DNA from: a virus
Lineage: Duplodnaviria; Caudoviricetes
Direction: 5' to 3' (one strand)
IMG/VR virus record: IMGVR_UViG_3300037722_000166
Coordinates: 1 to 55,365 of that record
Length of the DNA: 55,365 nt
Part shown: positions 28,584 through 38,422 of the stretch, one piece after another
Numbering within the stretch: position 1 is the stretch's first letter
Layout of the letters: each line of letters opens with the position of its first letter
Translations under genes and position numbers: made by a program
The notes under the pieces: generated by a model
Databases searched by the model: none
The model's input: the letters and a program-made list of their open reading frames with translations, nothing else
What the model was told of the DNA's origin: nothing

Positions 28584-29041
28584 AGCGTTTTTGGTCTAAA
28601 ATACAACGTGGGGATGTTGACGGTTGTTGGATATGGATAGCTGGTCTTGATAAGTATGGCTATGGCCACTTTTGGTTGAATGGTAGGAAAACACAAGCAC
28701 ATCGGGTTTCTTGGATATTTCAAAATGGTGATATTCCTGGTGGTATGTGCGTATGTCATAAATGCGATAATCGTCGGTGTGTTAACCCAAGACACCTATT
28801 TTTAGGCACTAGAGCAGACAACAATAAGGATTGCAACAACAAGGGAAGACGCAAGAATACTGGTCAACGTCCTGGCGAACAAAATACACAGTCTAAGCTT
28901 ACTGAATTAGATATAAAAGCCATTCGGCAACTATATCAAGATCGTAATTTTTCCCAACGAGAGATTGCTGATCGGTATGGCGTTTCGCAATTTACTATCT
29001 CGCAAATTGTGCGTCGTAAAAAGTGGAAGTGCGTACTATGA
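28580..29041 (+). CDS. HNH homing endonuclease with C-terminal HTH
   Basis: RFWSKI..GCWIW..AHRVSW..VCHKCDNRRCVNPRHLFLGTRADN, then SQREIADRYGVSQFTISQI. AT-rich. Confidence 0.9.
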   Translation: MKRFWSKIQRGDVDGCWIWIAGLDKYGYGHFWLNGRKTQAHRVSWIFQNGDIPGGMCVCHKCDNRRCVNPRHLFLGTRADNNKDCNNKGRRKNTGQRPGEQNTQSKLTELDIKAIRQLYQDRNFSQREIADRYGVSQFTISQIVRRKKWKCVL

Positions 29042-30486
29042 GCAATGTCGCCGCAGAAAAGGTATTCCTGGCTGGGGTAGCTCGACATCCTCAACGTCTA
29101 TTTGAGTTTGTGGAGTATTTGGACGAGTCAGATTTCAAGCACTCCGTCACGGCCATGACCTTTGAGGCCATGCGTTCTCTCGTCATTGAGAAGGAAGTAG
29201 AGAAGCTCACTAAGGCTAAGCTTGTGGCGGAAGCCAAGGCGTTGGGCCATCACAACTATCTGTCTGCTACCAAGAATGGTGAATGGCTGGATGAGCTTTT
29301 TGCTGAGGAGGTAGGTGAGAATGAGCTAGACTCTCACTTCATGGAGGTCAAGCGTCAGTCACTCAAAGATCAGTATACGGAGAGCTTTGTAGAGCTACGT
29401 GATTACCTATCGTCTACCGACGATCCACTGTCGATCATGATTGGCAAAGTGGAGAACACCGTCATCTCTAAGGTGAACATCCTCGACAAAGGGGAACACG
29501 CAATTGAAGACCTTAGAGATGGGTTCGAGGAATTCATCAACAGTATTGCAGACGATCCTGGTCACATGGGACTTGACCTTGGGTATCCTCTATGGCAAGA
29601 ACGCATCGGACAGATTCGCAATGGTGCCGTTACTTTTATGGTGGGCACGACTGGTAGCGGTAAGTCTCAGTTTGGCATGAAGGCTGCGGTCATCGCTGCC
29701 CGTAAGGGCACCCCTGTTCTCTATCTGGATAGTGAGCTAAACAAGCAAGATCAGTGGATTCGTATTGCCGCCATGATCGCCAAGGTGCCATCCGAGTATA
29801 TCGAGACTGGTTTCTGGCGAATGAGCGACAAGGAACTACAGGACAATGGCGTTGAGGATCCGCACAAGCGAGACGAGATCTTGGCCTGTGGTCGTCGTCT
29901 CAAAGAGCCCCGTCTTTGGGCAGCCGTGAAGGCCATGCCGATCTTCTACCAGTCGATCAGTGGACTCAGTGTTCCGGACGTACTACCGCACGTCCGAAGG
30001 TGGCTACTCACACACGTCAAGCCCGACCGTGAGACCCGTGTGCCTCAATGCCTAGTGGTGTATGATTACATCAAGCTGTCGATGACCAACGAGATCAGCC
30101 GTGGTGTGCTACAAGAGTGGCAACAGCACGGACTTCACATTGCTCAGCTACACGATTTTGCGAACAAGTACAACATCCCTATCATTGGCTTTGGTCAGAC
30201 CAACAATGAAATGGATGAGGGAATTAGGTGCGTTGCTGGTGGCAAGCGTATCAGTGAGAACGTTGATTCGGTCAGCTATTTCAAGCGTAAGACCGATGCT
30301 GAACGAGCAAACGATGGCAGCGGCACGCACTTGATGAAAGTGTTTAAGGCACGTTATGGAAAAGGCTTGTGGGGAAGCTGGGTCAACTTTGGTGCGGACC
30401 TGAGTTGTGGAGACTTCCAAGAGCTAGACATTGGTAGCGTTGCCCCCCCGCAGCAAGACAGCGATGACGATGATGACGACGAATAG
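29038..30486 (+). CDS. dnaB: Replicative DNA helicase, DnaB-like
   Basis: GTTGSGKS (Walker A), LYLDSE, VVYDYIKL, GQTN, KARYG and an acidic tail. Start placed at ATG 29038. Confidence 0.85.
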   Translation: MSNVAAEKVFLAGVARHPQRLFEFVEYLDESDFKHSVTAMTFEAMRSLVIEKEVEKLTKAKLVAEAKALGHHNYLSATKNGEWLDELFAEEVGENELDSHFMEVKRQSLKDQYTESFVELRDYLSSTDDPLSIMIGKVENTVISKVNILDKGEHAIEDLRDGFEEFINSIADDPGHMGLDLGYPLWQERIGQIRNGAVTFMVGTTGSGKSQFGMKAAVIAARKGTPVLYLDSELNKQDQWIRIAAMIAKVPSEYIETGFWRMSDKELQDNGVEDPHKRDEILACGRRLKEPRLWAAVKAMPIFYQSISGLSVPDVLPHVRRWLLTHVKPDRETRVPQCLVVYDYIKLSMTNEISRGVLQEWQQHGLHIAQLHDFANKYNIPIIGFGQTNNEMDEGIRCVAGGKRISENVDSVSYFKRKTDAERANDGSGTHLMKVFKARYGKGLWGSWVNFGADLSCGDFQELDIGSVAPPQQDSDDDDDDE

Positions 30487-31555
30487 ACTAGAGAACGACA
30501 AGAAACGCATGATCAAAAAACATGCGAATCGCAACATCGCCTATCTGTTGGATAGACTGGAGGTTGAGTTTGATGACCGTGGAGACGGACTCATTCAGGC
30601 TACCTGTCCTTGTATCCAACACGGGGGAGATCGTAACAATCGCACGGCATGGAGTTGGCGTATCGATCTTGGCAAGTGGGTATGCTGGACCCACCATTGC
30701 GAAGAGAATAGAGGTAACGACATCTTCGGCTTAGTGAGTAGCATCAAGGGCACTAACTTCCGTGAGACCGTGCAATGGCTTACGACTACCCTAGAGGCAA
30801 GAGACGTAGATCTGGACGCAGAGGTTGCCGATCCCGAGAATCTTCACCGGGGTAACAAGCTGCATGTTCACGAGCCTCTAGCGGAGGACAATCTCAAGTT
30901 CCTTATGCAAGATCCTCAGTACCTACTCAATCGAGGGTACGACCTTGAGGTTCTGAGAAATCACGAGGTCGGCCTTTGGAGTCGCATGGGCACCTACATG
31001 CACGACCGAGTGGTGTTCCCCGTCAGAGATCACGATGGTCACCTAGTAGGTTACACTGGACGCACTGTGCATCCAGAGAAGCACTTTGAAGACCGTGGCC
31101 TGAAATACATGAAGTGGGTACATGGTCGGCACTATAACCGCTGGCCTCAGCGTGGTGATCTTTTCACTAGCTCTATCCTATACAACCTCCATCGTGCCAA
31201 GCGTTACCTTAGCCTGAGTAAAAAGCTCATCTTGGTTGAGGGACCGCTTGATGGCATGAGGCTCGAAGAGGCGGGCATCCATAATTGGGTAGCCACTCTC
31301 GGCACTAGCTTCTGTCACGCACACCGAACATTGCTGGTCAAGTACGGAGTCACTGACCTGTATGTTGCTTACGACAATGATGACGCCGCCGAATACAAGA
31401 ACGGTCAGAACCCTGGCGAAAAGGGATGGCTACGTATGGCACGAATCGTGGGCGACCTATTCCAGCTACACCGGGTTCAACTACCTGTCGGACAAGACTG
31501 TGGCGACCTGGAGATCGAACAACTACAACAAATCTTTGAAGGTGTTTCATGCTAA
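30464..31555 (+). CDS. dnaG: DNA primase (zinc finger + TOPRIM)
   Basis: CPCIQH...CWTHHC, RVVFPVRD..GYTGR, LILVEGPLD, VAYDND. Exact start uncertain (30464-30473). Confidence 0.88.
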   Translation: MTMMTTNRLENDKKRMIKKHANRNIAYLLDRLEVEFDDRGDGLIQATCPCIQHGGDRNNRTAWSWRIDLGKWVCWTHHCEENRGNDIFGLVSSIKGTNFRETVQWLTTTLEARDVDLDAEVADPENLHRGNKLHVHEPLAEDNLKFLMQDPQYLLNRGYDLEVLRNHEVGLWSRMGTYMHDRVVFPVRDHDGHLVGYTGRTVHPEKHFEDRGLKYMKWVHGRHYNRWPQRGDLFTSSILYNLHRAKRYLSLSKKLILVEGPLDGMRLEEAGIHNWVATLGTSFCHAHRTLLVKYGVTDLYVAYDNDDAAEYKNGQNPGEKGWLRMARIVGDLFQLHRVQLPVGQDCGDLEIEQLQQIFEGVSC

Positions 31556-32538
31556 AACTAAAATCGGTCTCTCCTAGTCGTATCAAGACATTCGATATGT
31601 GTAAGTTCAAGTATTGGCTTACATACAACTGTCCAGAAATCAAACTCAAGACCAATTGGGGTGCCGTACACGGCTCCCTGGTTCACGACGTTCTAGAGCA
31701 ATACTCCAATGGCAGCGACATGGATCCGATTGCCAGACTATACCGTGGTTATGGTGGAACGCTGGAAACCCTGGATCGTTACCAGAAGCCCGAGGTCATG
31801 GAAAGTCCTCTCGTGTGGGCGAAGCCCAAGGACTACGCTGACAAAAAGCCGTACTGTGATACTTGTCCTTACAAAAAAGAAGACGAGGGCATCTGCGGTA
31901 TCTCTCGTAAGCCGCTAGACAATCTACCGGGCTGCCCGCGTGACCTATTCGATGGGTCTATCTCAATGGTGGAACGCACTATTGCTCGCTACAAAGACGT
32001 GTGGCCGAAGCTGTTGCGTGACGACAAGGGTGCCCCCATCGGCTGTGAGTATGGTTTCAAGATCCCTGTCCCTGGGGCTGATGTTCCTATGATTGGTTAC
32101 ATGGACTTGGTTGTCGAGGAAGATCCCGATACTATTCACGTAATCGATTATAAGACGGGCGTTCATACTCAGGATTATGCTGAGTGCTGCAAGGACATTC
32201 AGGTCAAGATGTATTCCCTAGCTAGCAGGCGGGTGTTCATCGATGACTGCGAAGGTCGTGGCTTCAATTACAAGAACGTCATCCTGACGTTCGACTATTT
32301 CACCAAGAGTCCTATTACTGTTGGCTTCTCGGCGGAAGAGGATCTTGAGACGGAAGCATATGTCCGCGACAAGATTCATGAAATCCAGTCAACAGAGTGG
32401 ATTGATCGCGTCGTTCGCGACAACACGGAACTGGACACAAAGACCCGTTACGGTCAAGTAGCATTCGGGTGCAAGTATCTCTGTGATAGCCCCGTATGCA
32501 AGAGTAAGTGGACAGGGAGATTCAAAACAGATGAGTAA
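31549..32538 (+). CDS. PD-(D/E)XK exonuclease, Cas4/AddB/RecB-like
   Basis: SPSRIKTFDMC, HGSLVHDVLE, GYMDLV...VIDYKTG, QVKMY, and C-terminal CKYLC....C. Confidence 0.85.
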   Translation: MLKLKSVSPSRIKTFDMCKFKYWLTYNCPEIKLKTNWGAVHGSLVHDVLEQYSNGSDMDPIARLYRGYGGTLETLDRYQKPEVMESPLVWAKPKDYADKKPYCDTCPYKKEDEGICGISRKPLDNLPGCPRDLFDGSISMVERTIARYKDVWPKLLRDDKGAPIGCEYGFKIPVPGADVPMIGYMDLVVEEDPDTIHVIDYKTGVHTQDYAECCKDIQVKMYSLASRRVFIDDCEGRGFNYKNVILTFDYFTKSPITVGFSAEEDLETEAYVRDKIHEIQSTEWIDRVVRDNTELDTKTRYGQVAFGCKYLCDSPVCKSKWTGRFKTDE

Positions 32539-33142
32539 AATCACGAAAGACTGGGTAGAGGCATATTTCTCATACGGAGTTGATATTGTCAACCGCAAGG
32601 TGTTCTTGTTTGACGGTGTTGATGAGGATAGTATTGGCTATGTGATCAAGGGCCTCTATCTGATGGAGGCAGATCACACCAAGGCACAAATGGAGAAGGG
32701 CGAGTACAAGCCTATCGAACTCTTCATTGGATCCTTCGGTGGTAGCGAGTATGAAATGTGGGCTCTCTACGACGTGATCGGCACGCTCAATAGTCCGATC
32801 CATACTACCGCCATTGGCAAGTGCATGAGTGCGGCTCCGCTACTAGTGTGTCGAGGGGAGCCGGGCCATCGGTATGCCACGCCCAACACTTGGTTTATGG
32901 TTCACCAATCCTGGGAAGATTGGGGGGAAAAGGACAAGGATGTCATCAAAGAAGAGATCAAGCACTATGATGACATGGAAAAGCGATGGTACGATCTAAT
33001 GGCAATACACAGCAATAGGGATGCTGCGTTTTGGCGTAAGCTATGTACAAAGAAGAAGGGCGACACTTACTTTGACGCTCAAACCGCACAAGAGTATGGT
33101 TTGATCGATCATATTTGGGACGAGAAAGACGGCGAGGCGTAA
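32531..33142 (+). CDS. clpP: ClpP-like protease subunit
   Basis: IELFIGSFGGS, GKCMSAA (Ser), FMVHQ (His), DTYFDAQTAQEYGLIDHI (Asp). Start placed at ATG 32531. Confidence 0.88.
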   Translation: MSKITKDWVEAYFSYGVDIVNRKVFLFDGVDEDSIGYVIKGLYLMEADHTKAQMEKGEYKPIELFIGSFGGSEYEMWALYDVIGTLNSPIHTTAIGKCMSAAPLLVCRGEPGHRYATPNTWFMVHQSWEDWGEKDKDVIKEEIKHYDDMEKRWYDLMAIHSNRDAAFWRKLCTKKKGDTYFDAQTAQEYGLIDHIWDEKDGEA

Positions 33143-33145
33143 GCG

Positions 33146-33847
33146 ATGGCTAATCACAGGGTAGTAGTTTGTTGCTGGCTACATGGTCACGAGACAGAGT
33201 TGTTCATGACCAGAAAGCAAGAGGACAAACTAGCTAAACAGATTCCGACACTCAAGGCCGTGTGTCCCGTGTGTCGCGAAGAAGAGAACGGTAACCAGTC
33301 CGTCTTTATCAAAGAAGGCGAGACGCCGTTCGGTACGTCTAAAGCGTATCGTTGTCGTCACGGACACGTCACGACAGTTAGTGCGTTTGCTAACGGCATG
33401 CTACATACTAAGCATGGTCCTGACGATGGAGACTTCGTGAACATCGAAGGAACCATCGAAGAACTTGAGGAACTGATTGACAAAAAGGACATTTCCTGTC
33501 ATCATGTAAAGGCGAGCGGGCGTCAGTGTGACTGCAAACTCAAAGCCGTGGACTCAACATCTATCACCTATCCGTGTGCTGCTGGCATCAAGACCAAGAC
33601 ACGTCTCGGAGACATCTGGGACAAGGCTGGAGCCGAGCCGGTTCGCAACGGACAGTATGATGGCAAGGGCAACTACAGCGAAAGTCGCACAGAGAAAGCC
33701 AACCTAGAACGTTTGAAGCGTATGCGTGAACGCAACGTCGCCAAAGACAGGCTGCCCGGCAAGCGGATCGACAAACCCACGAAGACAGACTATGGCCATC
33801 GCTCTAAGAGCGATGTCAAACCCGAACGACTCAACGGACCCAAATGA
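33146..33847 (+). CDS. Cys/His-rich hypothetical protein (zinc ribbons)
   Basis: CCWLHGH, CPVC, CRHGH, CHH..CDC and a basic C-terminus. Confidence 0.6.
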   Translation: MANHRVVVCCWLHGHETELFMTRKQEDKLAKQIPTLKAVCPVCREEENGNQSVFIKEGETPFGTSKAYRCRHGHVTTVSAFANGMLHTKHGPDDGDFVNIEGTIEELEELIDKKDISCHHVKASGRQCDCKLKAVDSTSITYPCAAGIKTKTRLGDIWDKAGAEPVRNGQYDGKGNYSESRTEKANLERLKRMRERNVAKDRLPGKRIDKPTKTDYGHRSKSDVKPERLNGPK

Positions 33848-36800
33848 CATTCGCACACCTGAACGTACACTCTAAGGCATCTATGCTGTACGGCTCTGCT
33901 GACATCAAAAAGCTTGTCAGTAGAGCCAAGGAGCTAGGACAGCCTGCCGTAGCCCTTACCGACTATTCGAACGTCTTTGAAGCAATCAACTTCTTCCGGG
34001 CAGCGGAATCGGCTGGTGTCAAGCCCATCTTGGGAGTTGACCTGTATTTCTGTGAGGACGCAGAGCAGCTAAAGATCCAGAAGGTACGTCAGGTGTCGCA
34101 CATCGTTCTGCTGGCTGAGAACGAAGCCGGGTGGCGAAACATCACTCGCCTAGTCTCTGCGGCCAACAGTCCGGAATACTTCTTCTACAACCCTAGAATT
34201 GATTTCAAGCTTCTTGAAAAGTACAATGAGGGTGTGATCTGCCTGACTGGTAGCACGCTGGATGGAGTTATTCCCTCTCAATTGTATGACCAATTGGATG
34301 ATGACGGGGACGTGAGGCAACCTGCCGCTCTGTTCAAGGCCGAGGGTCTTGTCCGTCGTTTCCTCAAGATCTTCGACGCTGACCACTTCTATCTGGAAGT
34401 GCAGGACACGGACGTTGATGCTCAGGTCCAGGCGAACGCACGTCTTCGTACCATCGCTACTAAGTATGGTCTACGCACTGTTGCATCTAACAACGTTCAC
34501 TATGTTGAGCAACATGATGCCGAGGCACACAAGACCTTGTTGGAAATGAGTGCTAACAAGTATAGTCGTGCAACCTATACCGATTTCACGCCTGAGGAAT
34601 ACTACCTCAAGACCCGTGAGGAAATGGCTGAGCGTGATCTCACTGAGGATGAACTTGACCTGACCGTAGAGATTGCTGATCGCTGCAACGTCAATATCGA
34701 TCTCAAGAAGCGTCGTTTGCCTCAGTACAAATTCATTCCCGAGGGCAAGACATCGAATGAGTACCTCGTGGAACTTGCTAACGAGGGATTAGTTCGCCTG
34801 GGGCTTGATCCTAAGGCCGGTGTTGCTGAGACCTATGGAGACAGACTCGCACGAGAGCTTGGTGATATCGAAGAAATGGGGTTTGCGGACTACTTCCTCA
34901 TCGTCCATGATGTTATGTCATGGGTGCGTAGCCAGAATATTTTGGTTGGCCGTGGACGTGGTAGTGCGGGGGGCAGTCTTGTTAGTTATGCTTTGGGCAT
35001 TACTGAGATTGATCCTCTTGAGTATGGTCTTATTTGGGAACGCTTCCTCAACAAAGGTCGTGGCGGTCTTCCGGATATTGATACGGACGTTCCGCGTTCG
35101 CAACGTCAGAAAGTCCTCGAATACATCCGAGAACGATTTGGAGTCGGGAACGTAGCTCAGCTAGTGACCCTCGGTGGTCTACAGGCCAAGGCCATTCTCA
35201 AAGAAGTATTCAAGGTATACAATCTGCCGTTCGATGAGGCCAACAAGATCACCGCACTGGTGCCTGCCAAGAACGATGATCACGTAGCCATCAGTTTGCA
35301 AGAAGCTATTGATGCTGTACCGGAACTCAAGGAATACTACGACAAGTACACGCCTTGGTTCAAGGTGGCTCTAGCCCTTGAAGGATGCTATAAGTCCACG
35401 GGGATCCACGCTGCCGCTGTTGTGATTTCCGATGTCCCTTTCGAGGAGAGTTCGTATCCCCTCGCACGATCAAAGGATGGAAGTCTTCTATTCGGCTGGG
35501 ACATGAACACGGTGGACGCCCTGAGTCTGCTCAAGCTCGACATCTTGGGTCTCACTACCCTAGACGATATTCAGGTTACGATGGATCTGGTCAAAGAACG
35601 CCACGGGATCGAGTTTTCGCGAAAAGCCATGCCACTGGACGATCCGGTTACTTGGGCCATGCTTGGCCAGGGATTCACCATCGGTGTTTTCCAGATCGAA
35701 AAGCAACTCGGTCGCACTTGGAGTAAGAACCTACAGCCCGAATCCATTGAACAATTGAGTGACCTTGTATCACTCATTCGTCCTGGTCCGATGGAATCCA
35801 ACATGCACACGGCGTATTGTAGCGTGAAGATGAAGGGTGAGGACCCCGCATACATTCACCCGATGCTTGAGCCGATCATGGGGACGACCTATTCTGCCCT
35901 CTTGTATCAGGAGCAGGTTATCTATATCTGCCAACAGCTTGCGGGCATGAACTCCATCGACGCCGACATGGTTCGTAAGGCGATGGGCAAGAAGAAGCCC
36001 GAGGAAATGCAGAAGTGGAAAGAGGTTTTCACTGACGGCTGTGGTCGCAACAACATCGATCCAATAACTGCTGATGAGATTTGGGGCTACATTGAGAAGT
36101 TTGCTGGATACGGCTTCAATAAGTCTCACGGCGTAGGCTATGCACTACTGGCGTACGAAACCGCTTACCTCAAGGCCAACTACACCGTTGAGTTCTTGTG
36201 TGCCAAGCTACGTCACGCCGACAGTCACCCGAATAAGTTTGAGCAGATGTCTGCTCTCACGTATGACGCCAAGCTGTTTGATATTGAGGTCACGCCGCCG
36301 CGTGTCACAATGGGCAACAGGGACTTTGTGGTTGTTGATGATACTCATATTGCTTTTGGACTCATGGCCCTCAAGGGAGTGGGTGTCACGGCTATCAATG
36401 ATCTCGTGAAGATTGGTCGTGACTGTGAGGGGTTCGATGAGATCCTCTGGAAGTGGAAGACCAAAAAGAGTAAGGTCAACACTGATGTCATGACAGCACT
36501 CATTCGCGGTGGTGCATTCGATGACCTCGAAGAACATCGTGTAGAGAGCCAGGGCAAGTTCCGTCTTCTTGATGGTTTGACCGACAAAGAGATCGAGCTT
36601 GTGCAAGAGCTTATGCCGCACCAAGAGGGTGATGCGGACTGGATACGCATCATTCGTGGTGTTGCGGACGAGACGAAGGCTCCGCTTATCAAAGAGAAGT
36701 TCGGTGTCAAGATTCCCAACTCACGTAGGCGTCCAGTTATTCGTAAGCTACTCATGGAATACGATGGCCGCGACCTCTTCGATACTAAAGCACAACGCAT

Positions 36801-37146
36801 CGCTTGGGAGCAGGGCTTTCTTGGCATCGCTCTGAGCGGTAGTGAAGCCGATGTTTACAAGGCACAAAACACTTGCATGGAGCTTGTGAAGAGTGGTTAC
36901 CCTGACATGAGTTTCGAGATCGCAGTCTGCATCGATAGCGTTCGAGAAATCGTGACCAAGAAGGGTGACCCAATGGCATTCGTGACGGCCAGTGATAAGA
37001 CATATCTCATGGACAACATCGTTGTCTTCCCGAGAACGTTTGCACAGTCGAAGCGACTACTGGAAGATGGAAACGTGATCAAGATTAGAGGCAAAGTAGA
37101 TGATCGCGGTTCTCTTATTGCTGAACGAGTGGAAAGACTAAGATGA
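33844..37146 (+). CDS. dnaE: DNA polymerase III alpha subunit
   Basis: PHP-type N-terminus, GRGSAGGSLVSYALGIT, LPDIDTD, HAAAVVI, KLDILGL, YQEQV, GYGFNKSH, and C-terminal OB fold (TKKGDPMAF). Confidence 0.96.
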   Translation: MTFAHLNVHSKASMLYGSADIKKLVSRAKELGQPAVALTDYSNVFEAINFFRAAESAGVKPILGVDLYFCEDAEQLKIQKVRQVSHIVLLAENEAGWRNITRLVSAANSPEYFFYNPRIDFKLLEKYNEGVICLTGSTLDGVIPSQLYDQLDDDGDVRQPAALFKAEGLVRRFLKIFDADHFYLEVQDTDVDAQVQANARLRTIATKYGLRTVASNNVHYVEQHDAEAHKTLLEMSANKYSRATYTDFTPEEYYLKTREEMAERDLTEDELDLTVEIADRCNVNIDLKKRRLPQYKFIPEGKTSNEYLVELANEGLVRLGLDPKAGVAETYGDRLARELGDIEEMGFADYFLIVHDVMSWVRSQNILVGRGRGSAGGSLVSYALGITEIDPLEYGLIWERFLNKGRGGLPDIDTDVPRSQRQKVLEYIRERFGVGNVAQLVTLGGLQAKAILKEVFKVYNLPFDEANKITALVPAKNDDHVAISLQEAIDAVPELKEYYDKYTPWFKVALALEGCYKSTGIHAAAVVISDVPFEESSYPLARSKDGSLLFGWDMNTVDALSLLKLDILGLTTLDDIQVTMDLVKERHGIEFSRKAMPLDDPVTWAMLGQGFTIGVFQIEKQLGRTWSKNLQPESIEQLSDLVSLIRPGPMESNMHTAYCSVKMKGEDPAYIHPMLEPIMGTTYSALLYQEQVIYICQQLAGMNSIDADMVRKAMGKKKPEEMQKWKEVFTDGCGRNNIDPITADEIWGYIEKFAGYGFNKSHGVGYALLAYETAYLKANYTVEFLCAKLRHADSHPNKFEQMSALTYDAKLFDIEVTPPRVTMGNRDFVVVDDTHIAFGLMALKGVGVTAINDLVKIGRDCEGFDEILWKWKTKKSKVNTDVMTALIRGGAFDDLEEHRVESQGKFRLLDGLTDKEIELVQELMPHQEGDADWIRIIRGVADETKAPLIKEKFGVKIPNSRRRPVIRKLLMEYDGRDLFDTKAQRIAWEQGFLGIALSGSEADVYKAQNTCMELVKSGYPDMSFEIAVCIDSVREIVTKKGDPMAFVTASDKTYLMDNIVVFPRTFAQSKRLLEDGNVIKIRGKVDDRGSLIAERVERLR

Positions 37147-37379
37147 CTAAATACGAATACAATTTCGTGACCCTCAACCTGAGTGACGAACAAAAACAAG
37201 TGCTCCAGATAGGTCTTGGTGACATCGACGCACTAAACCTTATGATCCGTGACGTGATCAATGAGCATGCTGCAAAGGGATGGGAACCCCTCTATCCTTT
37301 TTCGGTACCACAGATTTGGTTCCGCAAACCAAAGCCTGCCCGCCGAGCTACTCGTAAAAAAACCACGAAAAAGACTTAA
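37143..37379 (+). CDS. Small protein, DUF4177-like, with Lys-rich tail
   Basis: KYEYNFV...INEHAAKGWE pattern. Confidence 0.55.
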   Translation: MTKYEYNFVTLNLSDEQKQVLQIGLGDIDALNLMIRDVINEHAAKGWEPLYPFSVPQIWFRKPKPARRATRKKTTKKT

Positions 37380-37392
37380 CAGTTCATCAAAA

Positions 37393-37770
37393 ATGTACGA
37401 TTATGCACAGGTACAATTGTTGGGCAGAGCAACTTCGGATGCTGTTCTCAGTAACCTAGACGACGAAGGACGACCAGGAGCGGCATTTTTGACGCTGGCC
37501 CTCAACATCCCTATTAGACGTGGAAATCAAACACACACAAAAACCCTGTATCGTAGAATCATGGTCCTAAGCAGTTTCGCAAGCTACGTGGCAAAATGCC
37601 AGGATGAAGGCGGCGGACTCAAGGGCAGACTGGTCAACGCACTCGGCGTCATGGACGACGAGCGTTACTACGACGATGAAGACAATGAAAGCTATCGTGA
37701 TATCGTTCGAGTTGCCCCCGGTGCAGGACAAATCAAGGTCATGGACCGGAGAACACGGAATGATGGCTGA
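37393..37770 (+). CDS. ssb: Single-stranded DNA-binding protein (divergent)
   Basis: VQLLGRATSD...FLTLALN...LKGRLVNALG..DDERY follows the SSB OB-fold pattern. Start placed at ATG 37393. Confidence 0.65.
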   Translation: MYDYAQVQLLGRATSDAVLSNLDDEGRPGAAFLTLALNIPIRRGNQTHTKTLYRRIMVLSSFASYVAKCQDEGGGLKGRLVNALGVMDDERYYDDEDNESYRDIVRVAPGAGQIKVMDRRTRNDG

Positions 37771-38422
37771 TGTACCTGATGCAGAGGCCATTGAACTACT
37801 CAACGAGTATGGCCCCATTGTTAGACGTATCGCACGCTCAGCGTGCTACTCTTCCGCCACCATTGACTTTGCAGATCTCTGTCAGGTTGGCGACTTCGCT
37901 GTTCTAAGAGCAGTCAAATCCTACAATCCTACGTACGGGACTACGATCAAGTCGTATGTCGCACGGATCGTTCGTCAGGATATCTACAATGAAGCGGCCA
38001 GATTCCTGGGTGTCTTCACGGTTGATCATCGAGTCACTAGCCTAGCGGCCAAAGTCAGTAAGTTACACGCTAAGGGCAAGGGCGACGAAGAGATCGCAAG
38101 GACCCTAACCGAGTCCAGTCATCGGAAGTTTGATGCAGAGCATGTCCGTGATCTCCGCATCGCATATAGTCGTCGCCAGCATTCTAACTTGCACTCCGAC
38201 GATGCAATGGACGAAGGTATTGCTGAAGAAAGCACGATTCAAGAATTATTACGAGGGATTGTGCGGGATAGTGTCGAAGGTATGATTCTTGAGAAAAGAC
38301 TTATGGGTGATGCGTCAGTAAAGGAAATAGCTAAGATTTTGAAACTATCTCAACGACGTGTATATGAAATTGAAAATGATTTAAAAGATCGCATTCGTAG
38401 AGCTATTGAAAATGAACTATAA
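37760..38422 (+). CDS. Phage sigma-70 family sigma factor (SigF/FliA-like)
   Basis: Region 2: IVRRIAR...DLCQVG...RAVKSYNP...IKSYVARIVR. Region 4: SVKEIAKILKLSQRRVYEIE. Confidence 0.85.
   Translation: MMADVPDAEAIELLNEYGPIVRRIARSACYSSATIDFADLCQVGDFAVLRAVKSYNPTYGTTIKSYVARIVRQDIYNEAARFLGVFTVDHRVTSLAAKVSKLHAKGKGDEEIARTLTESSHRKFDAEHVRDLRIAYSRRQHSNLHSDDAMDEGIAEESTIQELLRGIVRDSVEGMILEKRLMGDASVKEIAKILKLSQRRVYEIENDLKDRIRRAIENEL

Noticed and set aside
31549-32538. CRISPR-Cas system suggested by the Cas4-like gene
   Set aside because: No repeat-spacer array or other cas genes were seen.
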